64,000 nt of DNA, taken from the human T2T-CHM13v2.0 reference genome, Homo sapiens. Below, one piece after another: positions 25,789 to 38,881 of the stretch (within the stretch, counting starts at the first letter, position 1; each line of letters starts with the position of its first letter). Both the position numbers and the translations under genes were made by a program. The notes beneath the pieces were generated by a model. That model was not told the DNA's origin. It saw nothing but the letters and a program-made list of their open reading frames with translations, and did not search any database. The DNA lies in NCBI RefSeq assembly GCF_009914755.1, contig NC_060933.1. One strand, 5' to 3'.

Positions 25789-26759
25789 ATCACATTACCA
25801 TTCAGAGTGGTTTCATTTTAATAATAGCCTGAAGTTTATGGTTCAATACATCCTTAGAAACAGAGGCAGGGAATGTCACCCTTTGTGTACAAAAGGGAAA
25901 ATAAAGGAAATGGTACTACGTTTCTTGCATTTGCATATGGAAAATCAGGAAGGAGTCACACAGAGTTCATGGAAGTGGAAACCTGGCAGAGGTGGTCACC
26001 AGACAGGCAGCTCCAAGGGAAGGAAGCCACTCACTCAGAGCTTGCTTTGACTTACGAGCCACATGACTTACGAGCTTGCTTTGTTGAATAAACAGCAAAA
26101 TGTCAAAAGGGGTTGAATTATAAGCAAATCCCTAGTTAAAACAACAGAACAAATTTTGTTGTGAACTGCTGCCCCAGGGAACCCAGCACACCCTATTTCT
26201 ACTTTCTCCATGGGAAGATTTGCCCACCTAACGATTCAAATCTATCCTAAGGAAAACAAAACAGAGCCAAAATTAAAAAGCAGACAACATATTGGGAGTT
26301 GAGATTTTCATCAATCCTTAGGGAGTGAGGGCAGAATCCAGGAATCACCAAATGGCTACACTCACCCTTTGGGCTCTGGAGGGTCCCGAGGCCCAGCCAG
26401 GCCTGTGAGAGGAGCCGCAGCAGTAGCTGCAGCCTGCGGGATCTGCATCCGTTTTCACGCCCTGGTCTCTGGCCTGTGACGGGACTGTGGTTGTTTTAAG
26501 AACTGGGATAGTGAGCACAGAACAAGCGTGCCACCCGACCCCACGGCGCTGAGTGTCTGCATTCATCCAAAGGGGCCCTTTTGATCTTACTGTTCGATGA
26601 CTTTTCTTTCACCCACGAAACATCTACATGTGGGCTGATCTTTCCACACCCATATTATAACGAGGAACTTTCCAGATGACTAATAACTAAGACATGTTTT
26701 TCAAGATGTGCTTTACATTTCACTCTGTAAGTGTGCACCGCGGGAAGGATATTCAATTC

Positions 26760-27250
26760 TGTTCCAGTTATTACTGCGGGATAACGGGCACAAACTTAGT
26801 GGTACAAAATAGCCCACGCTCACAGATTCTGTGGGGCAGAGATGGCATTGGGAGTGGTTATGGGGGACGTGACCTCTTCTCCATGATGCTTGGGCCTCAG
26901 CTGGTAAGACTCCAATGCCTGGGGCTGGAATCATCTAGAAGCTGCTCTCCTGCATGAGGCTGGGCTCCTTGGGACCATGCACCAGAGAACCTGCATGCAG
27001 CCTTTCCCATGCCTCCAGCTTCTCACAGCATGACCCAGACAGAAAGCTTCTGAAGACTATGATTTCCAGGTCCCCACGTAAAAGCTACATGGCCTCCTTT
27101 GACCTGGGGAGCCATGTGTCATGACAGCTAGGCCAGATCTAAGGGAAGGGCTTTAGTCTCCCCTACTCTTGTGGGAAGGGAAGGGAAGGCCCATATTGTA
27201 GAAGAGCTCGTGAGATGGGAGATGTTGACGTCAGCTTTGGAAAATGCGAG
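26760..27250 (-). mobile_element. MaLR LTR, MLT1F/G-like
   Basis: aaacttagtgg...ctcacagattctgtgg...gggcctcagctgg...ggggctggaatcatctagaag. Confidence 0.75.
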
Positions 27251-27869
27251 CTTCCCCAGAATCTGACCATGGTGACGTGGGAAGGGACTTAGGACCCTCC
27301 CTTTCTCCTTTTACACATTGTGAGGCTCTGAGTAGGAGTTGGAACCTGGGTTTCCAGACCCCCCGCCCCCGCCCAGAGCTGCTTCTACCAGGCCACACAC
27401 ACTTCCATTTACATTTCAAAGAAAAGTTGCTTTATGTTTCTCTTCACGTGTTTTTTTTTCTTTCTGCCTTCTGTGTTCTCTAGATCAAATGAAGAAAGCC
27501 CATTTATTATTTATTCCAGGTACGTCCTAGATGCATACAATTTCTTCCCAGTGATTATTTAAGATAAAAATGAAGATTGGGCTTTATCTTTTAAATGAGA
27601 GTCAAACAAGCACCCTGGCTTGTTAACAGAGAAGTCAGTGCCATACCCTGCATTGCTTCTGCAATCTCCTTAATCTGCTCTTTCGTGGATGCATTTAGTG
27701 AATCCACCTGGCCCTGATTAACTGGGCTTTGTAAAGAAAGGCCCCTCACATGGAGTCAGACATTGAAAGATATTCAGTGTTTTAACATTGAGTGGGGAGG
27801 CAGGGAAACAATGGGAATTCTCTTATAGTAATGATCCATTTTAGGTCACCTTTCACCATTGGACTACAT

Positions 27870-28275
27870 GAGTTGGGATATAGGCTGCATGGCTATAACA
27901 AAGGCCTGAAAATACAGTGGCAGAAATACATTTATTTCCCTCAAATACAAGACGACAAAGGCAAACAGCCTGGGCCAGTGTGACTACTCTGCCACTTTCA
28001 ACACATGGCTTCTATTTCTGGGTTCCAGGCAACTACTCCAATTTCCTAGATTGAGGGGTCAGGGGGAGGAAGTAGTGGACATTTCCCTTTTTTCCTAAGG
28101 CACACATCGCTTCTTTTCTCATCTCATTGGCCCAAACTTGGTCACATGGACATGTCTAGCAGCAAAGGAGTCTAGGAAATGCAGTCTCTAGATGAAAGTC
28201 TAGGCATGCAATTAAAATTCTGAGGGTTTCTATTCCTAAAAGGAAGAAAAGATGAATGGATGTTGGGAACAGTTG
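27870..28275 (-). mobile_element. Old MaLR LTR, MLT1J/K-like
   Basis: catctcattggcccaaacttggtcacatggacatgtctagcagcaaaggagtctaggaaatgcagtct. Confidence 0.7.
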
Positions 28276-28544
28276 GCTATCTCTGTCCTGCACTAATACA
28301 TTTATCTTCTTGGTTTCCCATGAAGAAGCAGAGATCATGGGAATTGCTATGGGGTAGCACTTGTTATGGACCAGGGATACAAGTTGCCACAGCAACCACA
28401 CTAACTGGCTGGTGCCACCCACAATGTTATCTTTTTTTCTCTACCCTTTGCATAAGTGATGTCTCTAAATGAGCAAGATTGTAAGAAACAAATGCTGTGG
28501 ACTGAATGTCCACTGTTTCTTGGTCATTGGTTCTCTGTAACAGT

Positions 28545-28735
28545 CTGTTAGTCTTTAGAGCCAGATACAACTGGGTTCAAATCCCAGCTCTGCCAATAGC
28601 TATGTGGGGGCCTCAGTTTCTTCACCTAAAAATTAGATACCCTATTACTTGCTGCCTAGGGTTAACGTGCGGGTAAAGTGAAAGAATGTAGGTGAAGCAC
28701 AGTGCCTGGCACTTAATAGAAACTCAAAAAAGGGT
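28545..28735 (+). mobile_element. MIR
   Basis: ctgggttcaaatcccagctctgcca...gcctcagtttcttcacctaaaaa...cacagtgcctggcac. Confidence 0.85.
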
Positions 28736-31135
28736 CCTAACCATTACCATTACCAGGAAGGACATACTCTATAAGATCCTGGTTTGCCAGTCTGATCAAC
28801 AGATTTGTGTTAATTGTGGCAAAGGAGACCCTGGGGACCTCCAGAAGCCTCCTGTGCTGACTCTCCAGTGCTTACTGGGTCCACCTCTAGGGCCAGCCTC
28901 ACCCACCACATTGGCTTGAGGTGCAACTGGAAAGTCTGAGTCAATTCATTCTTCCAATGCTGCCCCAAAGAGGGTACAGACTTCCCACCAAGCCCTACCT
29001 CAGTTGACTTTGGCCTTCCTAGCTTAGGCTGAGCCTCTTGGGAACACAGCAGCCAGCACCTGGCTTCCGCGTGCAGTTAGACACCCAGAGATGAGCCGGG
29101 GGAGTTCAGAACGCCTTCTCCCTGTGAGCCATGTGGTGGCATGCTTGACTATTGCGATGTTGGCTAGACACTCTGGCTTTGTAGGAGTCTGGGATTTGGG
29201 GGTTATCTTCTTCAGGTCACATGGCCCTCGTTTAGAATCTGGGGTCCCCCAGCCGGGATTCCCATCTTTCAGAAACACCTCAGCCAGCTTAAGGCATCTG
29301 CTCCAATGGTCTCCATGACAACCCTGAAGAGCCTGCAGTGAGCAGCCAGCAGAACTTGCCAGCCGAGAGGCTCATCCCACTAATTGGATAATGTATATGA
29401 AAGAGCTGATCACACCTGGCACCTGAATCAAAGGGTGAACTCACCAGACATGAATCATGCCAGCCTGTTAAGTAGGTACAAGCGTTTTTATTCCTGGCCA
29501 TAGGAGCAGCCTTGCTTGTAATTAACCATCATCCCTAATATCTGTCTAATGCCCATAACACCCCCGAGAGGAGTTTTGTCATTCTTATTTTGTAAATGAG
29601 TAAGATACAGAACTTAATCAGAACTCAAGGATTCTTATTTGGTGGGCTGTTTAAGCTGGAGTAAATGTTTGTTTTTTACTGACCATCATGATGTCAACAT
29701 TGCCTTTAAAAAACAGGGAATAGAAGAAGAAAAGGAAAAAAGGAGGGAGGGAGAAAGAGAGAAGGAAAAAAGGAAAGAGAAAATGGTGATTAGATGGTGT
29801 GGTGTGGAATCAACATAAGGTTACCAAGTGTGTATGATTTCACAGATGTTAAATACCATGACTACTGCTATTAACTACTCCCGCCACATCACCACATCTG
29901 CAGAATCTAAGACAAGAATGTGAGAAAAAACAATGACAGTCCTAAAGGACAATTGGCAACTTGGATCACCATCCCCCCAGGGTCCCCATTTTCCTAATTT
30001 CCACTTAGAGTAGTTACAACTTGAGCATTCCCACACATAGAAATCAAAGGGCCAGGCCTCAGCACCAGGCTGCACCCAGTACAGCCAGACTCCCTTCTTG
30101 CTTCATTACAGTGGGCTTGCATTTGCCTCCAAGGATGTCCAGGGCTCTGGAAACCAAACCTTCCAGCCTTTGGACTTTTTCAGCTACAAAATATGGATCA
30201 AGTATGAACTAGTAACAACCCATTAAAATATATGTGTATGGTTTGGAAAAGATCATGTATTTTAAAGTGAAAGCAAAGACTTAGCACTGAGTAAAAGTTA
30301 AATATTTTTGTTCAATTCAGTCTGAAAATAGAAAAACAGAAAGTGGTGTCTAAGAGCTTATGGGCATGAAGGAAATCAAGCTTGGGCAAAACAATCTTCA
30401 GTGAAATTTTATAGCTGACTCACAAATCCTTACAAGGCAGAGGGTGTTAGTATTAGGGATACGAGGCAGCGCTATTAATTGTGCTATTATGCACCTGGTG
30501 AAATTTTAGGAAGGTAAATACGTGAAAGAGGACCACTGAGCCTGAGCTTTGCATTAAGGGATAACACTGCTCTTCATCCCGGGAGGGCAGATGTCTTGAT
30601 CCTGGCTTTATGATGGCATGACACACACATCCCTCAACACCTGACTCACTTCGTTGGCCCTGCTGATGTCCACAGGCAGCCACATGTGATGGCCTCAGTG
30701 CTGAGTGGAGAAACGCCTGCGGCTTTGGGAAGGACTTGCTGCAGCCTGCTCCTACCCCAGCCAGCCTCCTTCCAGCCCCATTGTTCTCGACACATAAGAG
30801 GCCTGGCAAGTCTCAACCCGGGTGTAAAGCGGCATCCCTTACCCTAGAAATACAGAAGTCATTTTTTTCTAGTAGCTAAGAAAGGCCTGGCGCTGCATTA
30901 CAAGAGTTCATTCACATAAACAGTGAACGCTAGAAATCGAATTACACTTGGATGCTTCCTTGGGGGATTCTGTTATTTGTTTGATTGTCCCCATATATTT
31001 TGATGGGAAACGTGGTCTATGTTCACTCAGACCTACACAAAATAACCATAGCTGCCGTGTATTAAGTACCTGCTATGGGACAGGTGGCTTATATGCATTT
31101 TTTATTCATGGTTACTTTAGTCAGTAAAGAATGAA

Positions 31136-31240
31136 GGCCAGGTGTGGTGGCTCATGCATATAATCTCAGCACGCTGGCAGGCCAAGGCAGGAAGATCACC
31201 TGAGGTTGGGAGTTTGAGACCAGCCTGACCAACGTGGAAA
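31136..31240 (+). mobile_element. AluS left-arm fragment inside an antisense MIR (31045-31320)
   Basis: ggccaggtgtggtggctc...cctgaccaacgtggaaa joined directly to the MIR core ggtgaggaaactgaggcac. Confidence 0.88.
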
Positions 31241-32628
31241 GGTGAGGAAACTGAGGCACAGCCAGACAACCTGCCACAGGGATGGCAGAGCAGGTTGGGG
31301 ACAGCCCAGGCTACCTCCATCTTATGACAATTCTTCAAGAAGATGGGCATGGAAAATGCAAAATTATCTGCAGGAATATTGCAATCTTGCTCAGAAGAGG
31401 AGGAGGAAGATAAGCAGCAGAGTCCCTTTAAATGCTCTGGTGCCCATGGCCAATCTAAACCACTCTGGGCCTGCTTCAAAGGCCTCCAGAGAGGCTGACG
31501 GCCAGCAGGCCTCACTGTGGGTCAGCTCCAGCCCTGTGCCTTCCAGCACTTTCTTATCAGGAGGGTGAAGAGCTGGCTGAGAAGGGTGGCCAAAGAAACA
31601 ATCACACAATGGCTGCCCCACAGTGTGGACATATGTGCCCTCTAACTGAGCTGATCAAATCAACTCTGAGAATGCAGCTAGGTTTTTAGGAGTGGTTGAA
31701 TCTAGTTAATAGGTGATTAAAAAAGTAATCAATATTTATGGTTTAGTCCCATCTCCAGATTTACGTAGGCAGTCTCGGGATTCAAAGTGCTCAGAAGGCG
31801 CTGACATCGGATGTTGTAAAGGGGAATAGAGTGGGAATAGGATTCCGCATCCTCTGAGGTGTGATGGAAGAAATGATACAGCAAGCAGCTGTCCTCGCCT
31901 TTGGCTGTGCTGCAGTCACTGTGAGGCTGTGAGATTCCACACACCTGGCTGCACCCAGACCCATTCAGCCCGCAGATCCAAGACAGATGGCACCCCGGCA
32001 CCCGTGTTCTTAATCCCCAAGGGTGGCACTGCCTCACAAGGCTGGGGATCCTGGTGTCCTGTCTTACAGGTGCAAGCATAGATGAGAGTCCTGGCCACGC
32101 CTGCCATTCAGGCAGAAAGGCTCTGCTACCAAGAATCAGAAATCAAGTTCTTTCGTAGTTAAAAAAGAAAAAAGAAAAGCAGAACTAGCATCACCAACAA
32201 GGCTAGTTTCCACCCCCCACCTATGGCAACTATGAAACTGTCTCACCAGAAAAAAATGAAAAACTGACAGCCAGAAACCTTTTTACCCCTTTTGTTTCAT
32301 GAGCGGTAGAAAGCTTATGACCCACAGGAAAAAAGAAACTGGAACCAGTAGCAGAAAGGGAGCTGGGGTGGTCTCCAAGCTCTGGAGGGGCAGAGCAGGA
32401 CACAAAGCTGCATTACTCATGAGCCCACCCAGGAACTGTGGCTCCCTCTGGTCGGAGGGCTTGTCTCTGGGCAACTGGGTCCCCCTTTAACTGAACATAT
32501 GTAGGCCACTTGTCTGAGCACAGGGGTAGCTAGACCTCAAAAAGTCTCATAAGCAAATGAAAATTATAGGGGTGAGAAGTGAGAAAGGAAGAATCACATT
32601 TCACACAACTGCTATAGAAATGCCAAGC

Positions 32629-32751
32629 CAGGAGAACGGCGTGAACCCGGGAGGTGGAGCTTGCCATGAGCCAAGATCGTGCTACTGCACTCCAGCATGG
32701 GCGACAGAGCAAGACTCCGTCTCAAAAAAAAAAAAAGAAAGAAAGAAAGAA
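32629..32751 (+). mobile_element. 5'-truncated AluY
   Basis: caggagaacggcgtgaacccgggaggtggagcttgc; A/(GAAA)n tail; 13-bp TSD agaaatgccaagc (32616-32628, 32752-32764). Confidence 0.93.
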
Positions 32752-32925
32752 AGAAATGCCAAGCAAGTTGTCTGCCTAAGCACGTGGCACATTTTTCAGT
32801 AAATGGACAGACACAACCTTACATCCCCAGCCCCCGCCCTGTTCCAGGGAAGTGCTTGACTCTGTCCCCACTTCGTTAAACAGATCATTCTACCTCTTCA
32901 GATGGGCATGGAAAAATCCCTTTAG

Positions 32926-33593
<668 letters not shown>

Positions 33594-33811
33594 CCTCCTT
33601 TTATTTTTAGAAGTAAGCCTGCACTTACTCTTATAGCTAGAGGCGTTTCCTCTGCAAATAACTTAAAAACAAAACCAAAAATATCTCTGGTAAAAACATA
33701 AAACTTTTATTTCATTTTACTCCTTAGTATTTGAACTAGTTAATGGCCAGATCAGTTGATCCTTCTAATCTTTTCCTTATCTATACCTATAAAGAAATAA
33801 TGCATCTAATT

Positions 33812-34176
33812 CTAACATTCCTAACCTGGGGTCCATGGATCTCCCAAAAGTCCATAGATGGAATTTGGGGGAGGACTATATGAGCATAGATGGGGAAAAA
33901 TAAACTTTTATTTTCATCACCTCTAACAGAAATTTAGTATTGACTTTGGCTAGGAATGTAGGCAAGAAACCACAGTGGGTTTAGCAGTGCTTGCAATGTT
34001 GTTGCCATAGAACTCCAGTCATCTTCATGGTACACTGCAGTTGTTGCAAACACAGATATGGTTGGGTTTCTTCCGACATACCATGTGTGTCATACACATT
34101 TTTTAATATTGTTGCGAGTCTTTTCTAGGCTTTACACCACCAAAGGTTCCCATTGCTCAAAAAGGTACGAATCAGT
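33812..34176. mobile_element. hAT-Charlie MITE, MER113-like
   Basis: cctaacctggggtccatggat...ctctaacagaaatttagtatt...gaatgtaggcaagaaaccacagt...caaaaaggt. Confidence 0.7.
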
Positions 34177-34299
34177 CAAGCTACAAGAGATCAGAAACAC
34201 GGCTGAGTTAGGCAGGAAATATGTTTGCATTTCTGGAAACACCAGTTATGATGGATCTTGTAGGGTGCGGTGTATTTTTCAAAGTATTTTTAGACTTTA

Positions 34300-34430
34300 T
34301 TCTCATCACAAATCTTCCAGGGAGGCAAGGTAAACACAGGGCAGGTTTTATTCCTTCTCGGTGCTCTAAAGCACAGAGAGGTTTGGTGAGCTGACCAAGG
34401 TCACACAGCTGCTGATCAGTGAAGGGAGCG
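34300..34430 (-). mobile_element. MIR fragment
   Basis: gcacagagaggtttggtgagctgaccaaggtcacacagct. Confidence 0.7.
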
Positions 34431-36849
34431 TTTGTCACCTTTACCCACGTTCTCTCAGCTGACATTTATCCCTCTCTTAGGTGAAGGTGAGAGGGGCTGT
34501 GTCCTTCTGTCTTTCTGTCTTTCATCTGCTCCCTTAATGGGAATCCAATCTTCTATTAAGTGCCTTGGATTGACAGATCCATCACTTATTCAGTCCTCTA
34601 GCCTGCACCCCTGCCAGCCTGTCTTGCACCATCACAGCCTTGTGGCTTTTCTGGGAGAACCACGGCAGCCCATTTCACAAATGTAGCTGTGGAGTGGGCA
34701 CCACTAAAAAGGGTGAGTGTGCCAATGAGGCAATGCCCAAAGGGGAAAGACTCAGGTGCTTGGGAAACAGGCTGGCCAAATGGGAGCGAAGAGAGATGAG
34801 AGACAGGAACAGGCAGCCACAGCCAGGGGAGAGAGAGCAGAGTGAGAAGAGGAGGACGCAGACAGGCCGTGGGCAGCAGGAATGAGAGAACGCGGGAGGG
34901 GGGAAAAGTACGCAGGAGAGGCAGCAGGCAGTGAACTGAGGCCCTGAGAGCGGGGCCTGGCCTGGGGATTGCCTCGACTTGATGTATCTCTGGAGTAAAC
35001 ATCTTGCATCACAATCACAAATCCCACACATCTGTCAATGGTTCTTTCTATTTTCAGAGCAATTGTCTTCCTGTGTCTTCTCACAACAGGCTCCAGGACC
35101 AGGGAGACCTAGGCTCAAATCCCACCCACAGTCTCCAAGCCGCAGGGCCTGAGCCCCTCCACCTGGCTTCCCCATCTGCAAAGCCTCAGTCCCTCATACA
35201 ACAAGGGCTGTGTGAAGGATGGAAGGAGCATCAATCCCCCAAGAGCACCCGGCTGCTTCGCCCCCTTATTATGCACAGGTGCCACCTTCTCAGCCTTCTC
35301 TGAGCAACATGCTGAATTTGCACCTTCCCTTATCACGACTCCCTCTCCCTCCACTGTTTTTCAGAGCATGTGACACCATCTGATGTCCTACATAGTAAAC
35401 TCACTTATCTGTGTATTGAGAGGTGCCCACTCCCTACCCCTAAAGTTTGCGCTCCCAAGAGCAGAGATCTTGTCTTGCACTCCCCATTGCGTCGCTGCCC
35501 TGGGACCCGCCTGGCTCATGGCCCCCGCTGACCAGCATGTGTTGAAGGAACTGGTTAATGAATGCAGAGCATGGGGCGTACAGTGAACAGTTGCTGGTGC
35601 ATTTGAAGGCTACAGACTCCAATGTCATCTGCGATTCCTGCTCTCAACATCAAACTTGGCACCAGACAGAGGAGGGAGCTTCCGGCCACAGCTTGCTTTC
35701 TTCATTTTGGTGGCCAGAACTCGCAGGGAATCTGAGAATTGGCCCCATCAGACAGGCCAGGGCCAGCCTGGATGAAGTGATGTTCCTGGGGGTGAACTCA
35801 GAGATCTGCCTGCACCTCTCCAGGCTCCGAGCTGTGTGCTATCATCCTGTTGCTGGCAGGTCACACTGGGCAGACATTTTTTTACGCAACCATTTTTGTG
35901 GTGGGCTCTCCTGCCTGGTATCTGGGACATCTGCCGGAAATCAGGCCCTGTCTGTGGGATTCCGCAGCCATCTCAGCTGGCGTCCTGCTGCCGTTGACTG
36001 AAGCCACAGCCTGGGCCTGCATCTCAGGCGAAGGGATAAAAAAGGCAGCGTGGTGTGGGCCATCAATCAACCCTGGGGTTTCCATCCAAGGTGAATCTCA
36101 TGCAAAAATAAAATCAAAACCCCACGTCTAAAATATCCTCAGGGGGAGGCACACAGGAACTGTGCCTGCGGTGGGCCAGGCCGGGACCGCAGCATCTGGG
36201 ATTCCTAATTATAGGAGAACCCGGGCTCAAATGCGTCCCATGTGAGCTGAGACATGCCTGCCTGCCAGGGTCTAACTGTCGCCTGCCACCGGCTTCCCTG
36301 CAGCAACCAGACAGAAACAGACTTCCCTGCGCCCCAACGAGCTCTCACTCACACCTGTAACGTGGTTTCTACCTTTCTCTTACGGATCAATTTCAGATCT
36401 CAAGTCAATTAGCACCCTACCTCTATTCTTAGATAAAGCCCATTTGACCTAAAGAATAATTTCTTTTTTAAGTTCTCAGGGCTGGTAAAAAACATTTTCA
36501 CTAATATCCTTGAGGAAAAAAAAAAAATTTATTGACAAGTGTGTTGGGAAAGTCACATTTCTTTCCCACCTCTTCTGCCCAAGGAGCCTCTTTGTCTCTT
36601 CCTTTCACATTTTCTAGACCAAGGATGTGACCAGTGGACAGTGGGAGCCGCTGGAGGTGTCAAAACAGAGCAGTGAAGCCCCCAAGAGGGCTTCTAAAGG
36701 AGCAAGGATGCTGCGGGCCTGCTGGAGTGCCACAGAGGGAGGAAGAGCTCTCATTTATTTTGGGGACTCCTGAAGACTGAGACGATGGTGGGAACATTGA
36801 TCTGGAGGGTGAGAGTCGACACCAGAGTAGGACAAAAACTCTCTAAGGA

Positions 36850-38135
36850 AGTGAAGGTTGAAAAACATTGGATCAAAACAGCCAATTACACTCACTCACT
36901 TAATTCCGTGCACCCCCAGAATCTCTGAGATAACAAGAGTTACTTACAAAAAATAAATCCGTAAAAAGCAGCAGAAGGTAAAAAACAGGACCATCAGGAA
37001 GCCAGGAAACAACAGCAATTCCTGTCGAATAGAAAGGAGAAAAGAACCACGTTGCTGAAGAAACAAAAGTAGAGACAACAGCAGCCTAAACATTCAGGGG
37101 CAGGGGGAGGAAGGGGAGGGCAGAGCAGTGACCCTAAGAGCAAGGCGGTGGAGCAGGGAGTCGTAGCCGGGTGAACTAGCCAGGGTTCTCCAGAGGAGCA
37201 GAACTGATAGGAGATACCTCCTGTTGGAGATGGGGGATAGGTTTTTATAAATCTCATATTGTAAGAATTGGCTTGCATGATTATGGAGGCCAAGAAATCC
37301 CACAATCTCCCTCCTGGAGGCTGGAGAACGAGGAAAGCCAGCATTAGAGTTCAGTGGTGGGATTCAGTTCAAGTCCAAAGGCCTGAGAACCAGGGGAACC
37401 AATGATGTTAGCTTCAGTCCAAGTCCAAGAGCACAAGAACCAGTAGCACCAGGGCCTGAGGGCAGGAGAAGATGGATGTTCCAGCTCAAGAAGCCCTTCC
37501 TCTGCCTTTTCGTCCTACTCAGGCCCTCTATGGATTGGATGAGACTGGCCCACCTTGGTGAAGATATCCTCTTTACTTAATCTACCAATTCACATGTAAA
37601 TCTCTTCCCAAAACACTTTCAGACACGCCTATAAATAATGTTTACCAGATATTTGGGCATCACTTAGCCCCGTCAAATTGACACATAACATTACTCATCA
37701 CATCAGGGTGGCTGGTCCAAGCAGTGGTGCCTTCTGCCCCAGCCTGCGGGCTGAGTGATAGGTGAAACAGAGATTCCCACCCCAGGCTCCAGAGGAGAAC
37801 AGGGTCAGAGCACAGCAGAGCAGGAGGGCTCACCTAGGAGGTTCCCCTAGAAGGTAAGCCCCCAGTTCACCTCACCCACCCAAACAGCATTTCCACAACC
37901 ACCAGAGTCCCATTCCTGAGATCCCAGCTCTCCTTGGGAGAAGAGCAGGGATTGTCAAACTAGCTGTTGAAAACTGAGGATAATTACTGCACATCGGAGA
38001 AAATGACATTAAGAAAAAGATGTGTCAATCCAGTAGACAAGCAAACAAAAAAAATACCCAAGAATGGAATTGATGAAAAGCAAAATATGTTAAAATTAGC
38101 CTCATCAATATCCTCAGAGAAGATTCAAGAGGGTA
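36850..38135 (+). mobile_element. Ancient L1 5'/ORF1-like remnants flanking an MLT2 LTR
   Basis: A-rich L1-like sequence (aatatcctcagagaagattcaagagg); weak similarity. Confidence 0.35.
37172..37702 (-). mobile_element. ERVL LTR, MLT2B-like
   Basis: agggttctccagaggagcagaac...gattatggaggccaagaaatcccacaatct...gtcaaattgacacataacattactcatcaca. Confidence 0.9.
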
Positions 38136-38140
38136 TTTTA

Positions 38141-38466
38141 TGGTCATCCCTCGGTACCCAAGTGGGACTGGTTGGTTAACAGACCCCGCAGGTGCCAAAA
38201 TCTTCAGATGCTCAAGTCTCTGATATAAAATGGTATTGCTCTTGCATATAGCCTAGGCACATCCTCCTGTGTACTTTAAATCCCCTCTAAAACACTCATA
38301 ATACCTCATAGAATGTAAATGCCATATGAAGTTGTCAGACTGTATTTTTAAAATTTTGTATTATTTTTTATTGTCGTGAGTTTATTTTTTATTTTTTTCA
38401 AACATTTCCAATCCATGGTTGGTTGAATCCATAGATTTGGAACCCATGGATATGAAGGGCCAACTG
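38141..38466. mobile_element. MER2 TcMar-Tigger MITE
   Basis: Termini ggtcatccctcggta / ggatatgaagggccaactg with TA flanks; internal gatgctcaagtctctgatataaaatgg. Confidence 0.88.
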
Positions 38467-38565
38467 TATACATAAAATTCTAACAGGTCCTAACCCCCAT
38501 GGGTGAAGTACCTGTGCTCTGTTCAGCGGCCACCTCCCTCCACTTATAGAACCCCCGGCATACAT

Positions 38566-38881
38566 ACACCTACAAGTGTGAGGCCAAGCAGACCTACCTC
38601 ACCGTAGGAGGAGCTGTGGGTCCAGCAGAGAGCTCCTTTCCCTGCTGTCCCCCTTAGATCTGGAACTTTCTCTAGATATTCATGCATACTGGACAAATAG
38701 GGCAAGATCTCCTGCTACCAAGATGTACATGGTCCAGCACATAGTCCAGATTTATGTGGCCTGTCGATGCACACACTAACCCTTGCTACTGTTAGCAGCA
38801 GCAAGAGCATTGACTCTTCCTTAAGCATGATATTCTGGAAAAATCTACGTGATGCCTGCTCCGATCTGGCCATGTGACAGT
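38566..38881 (+). repeat. Local direct duplication, copy 1
   Basis: About 90% identical by hand alignment to 45255-45587. Confidence 0.95.
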
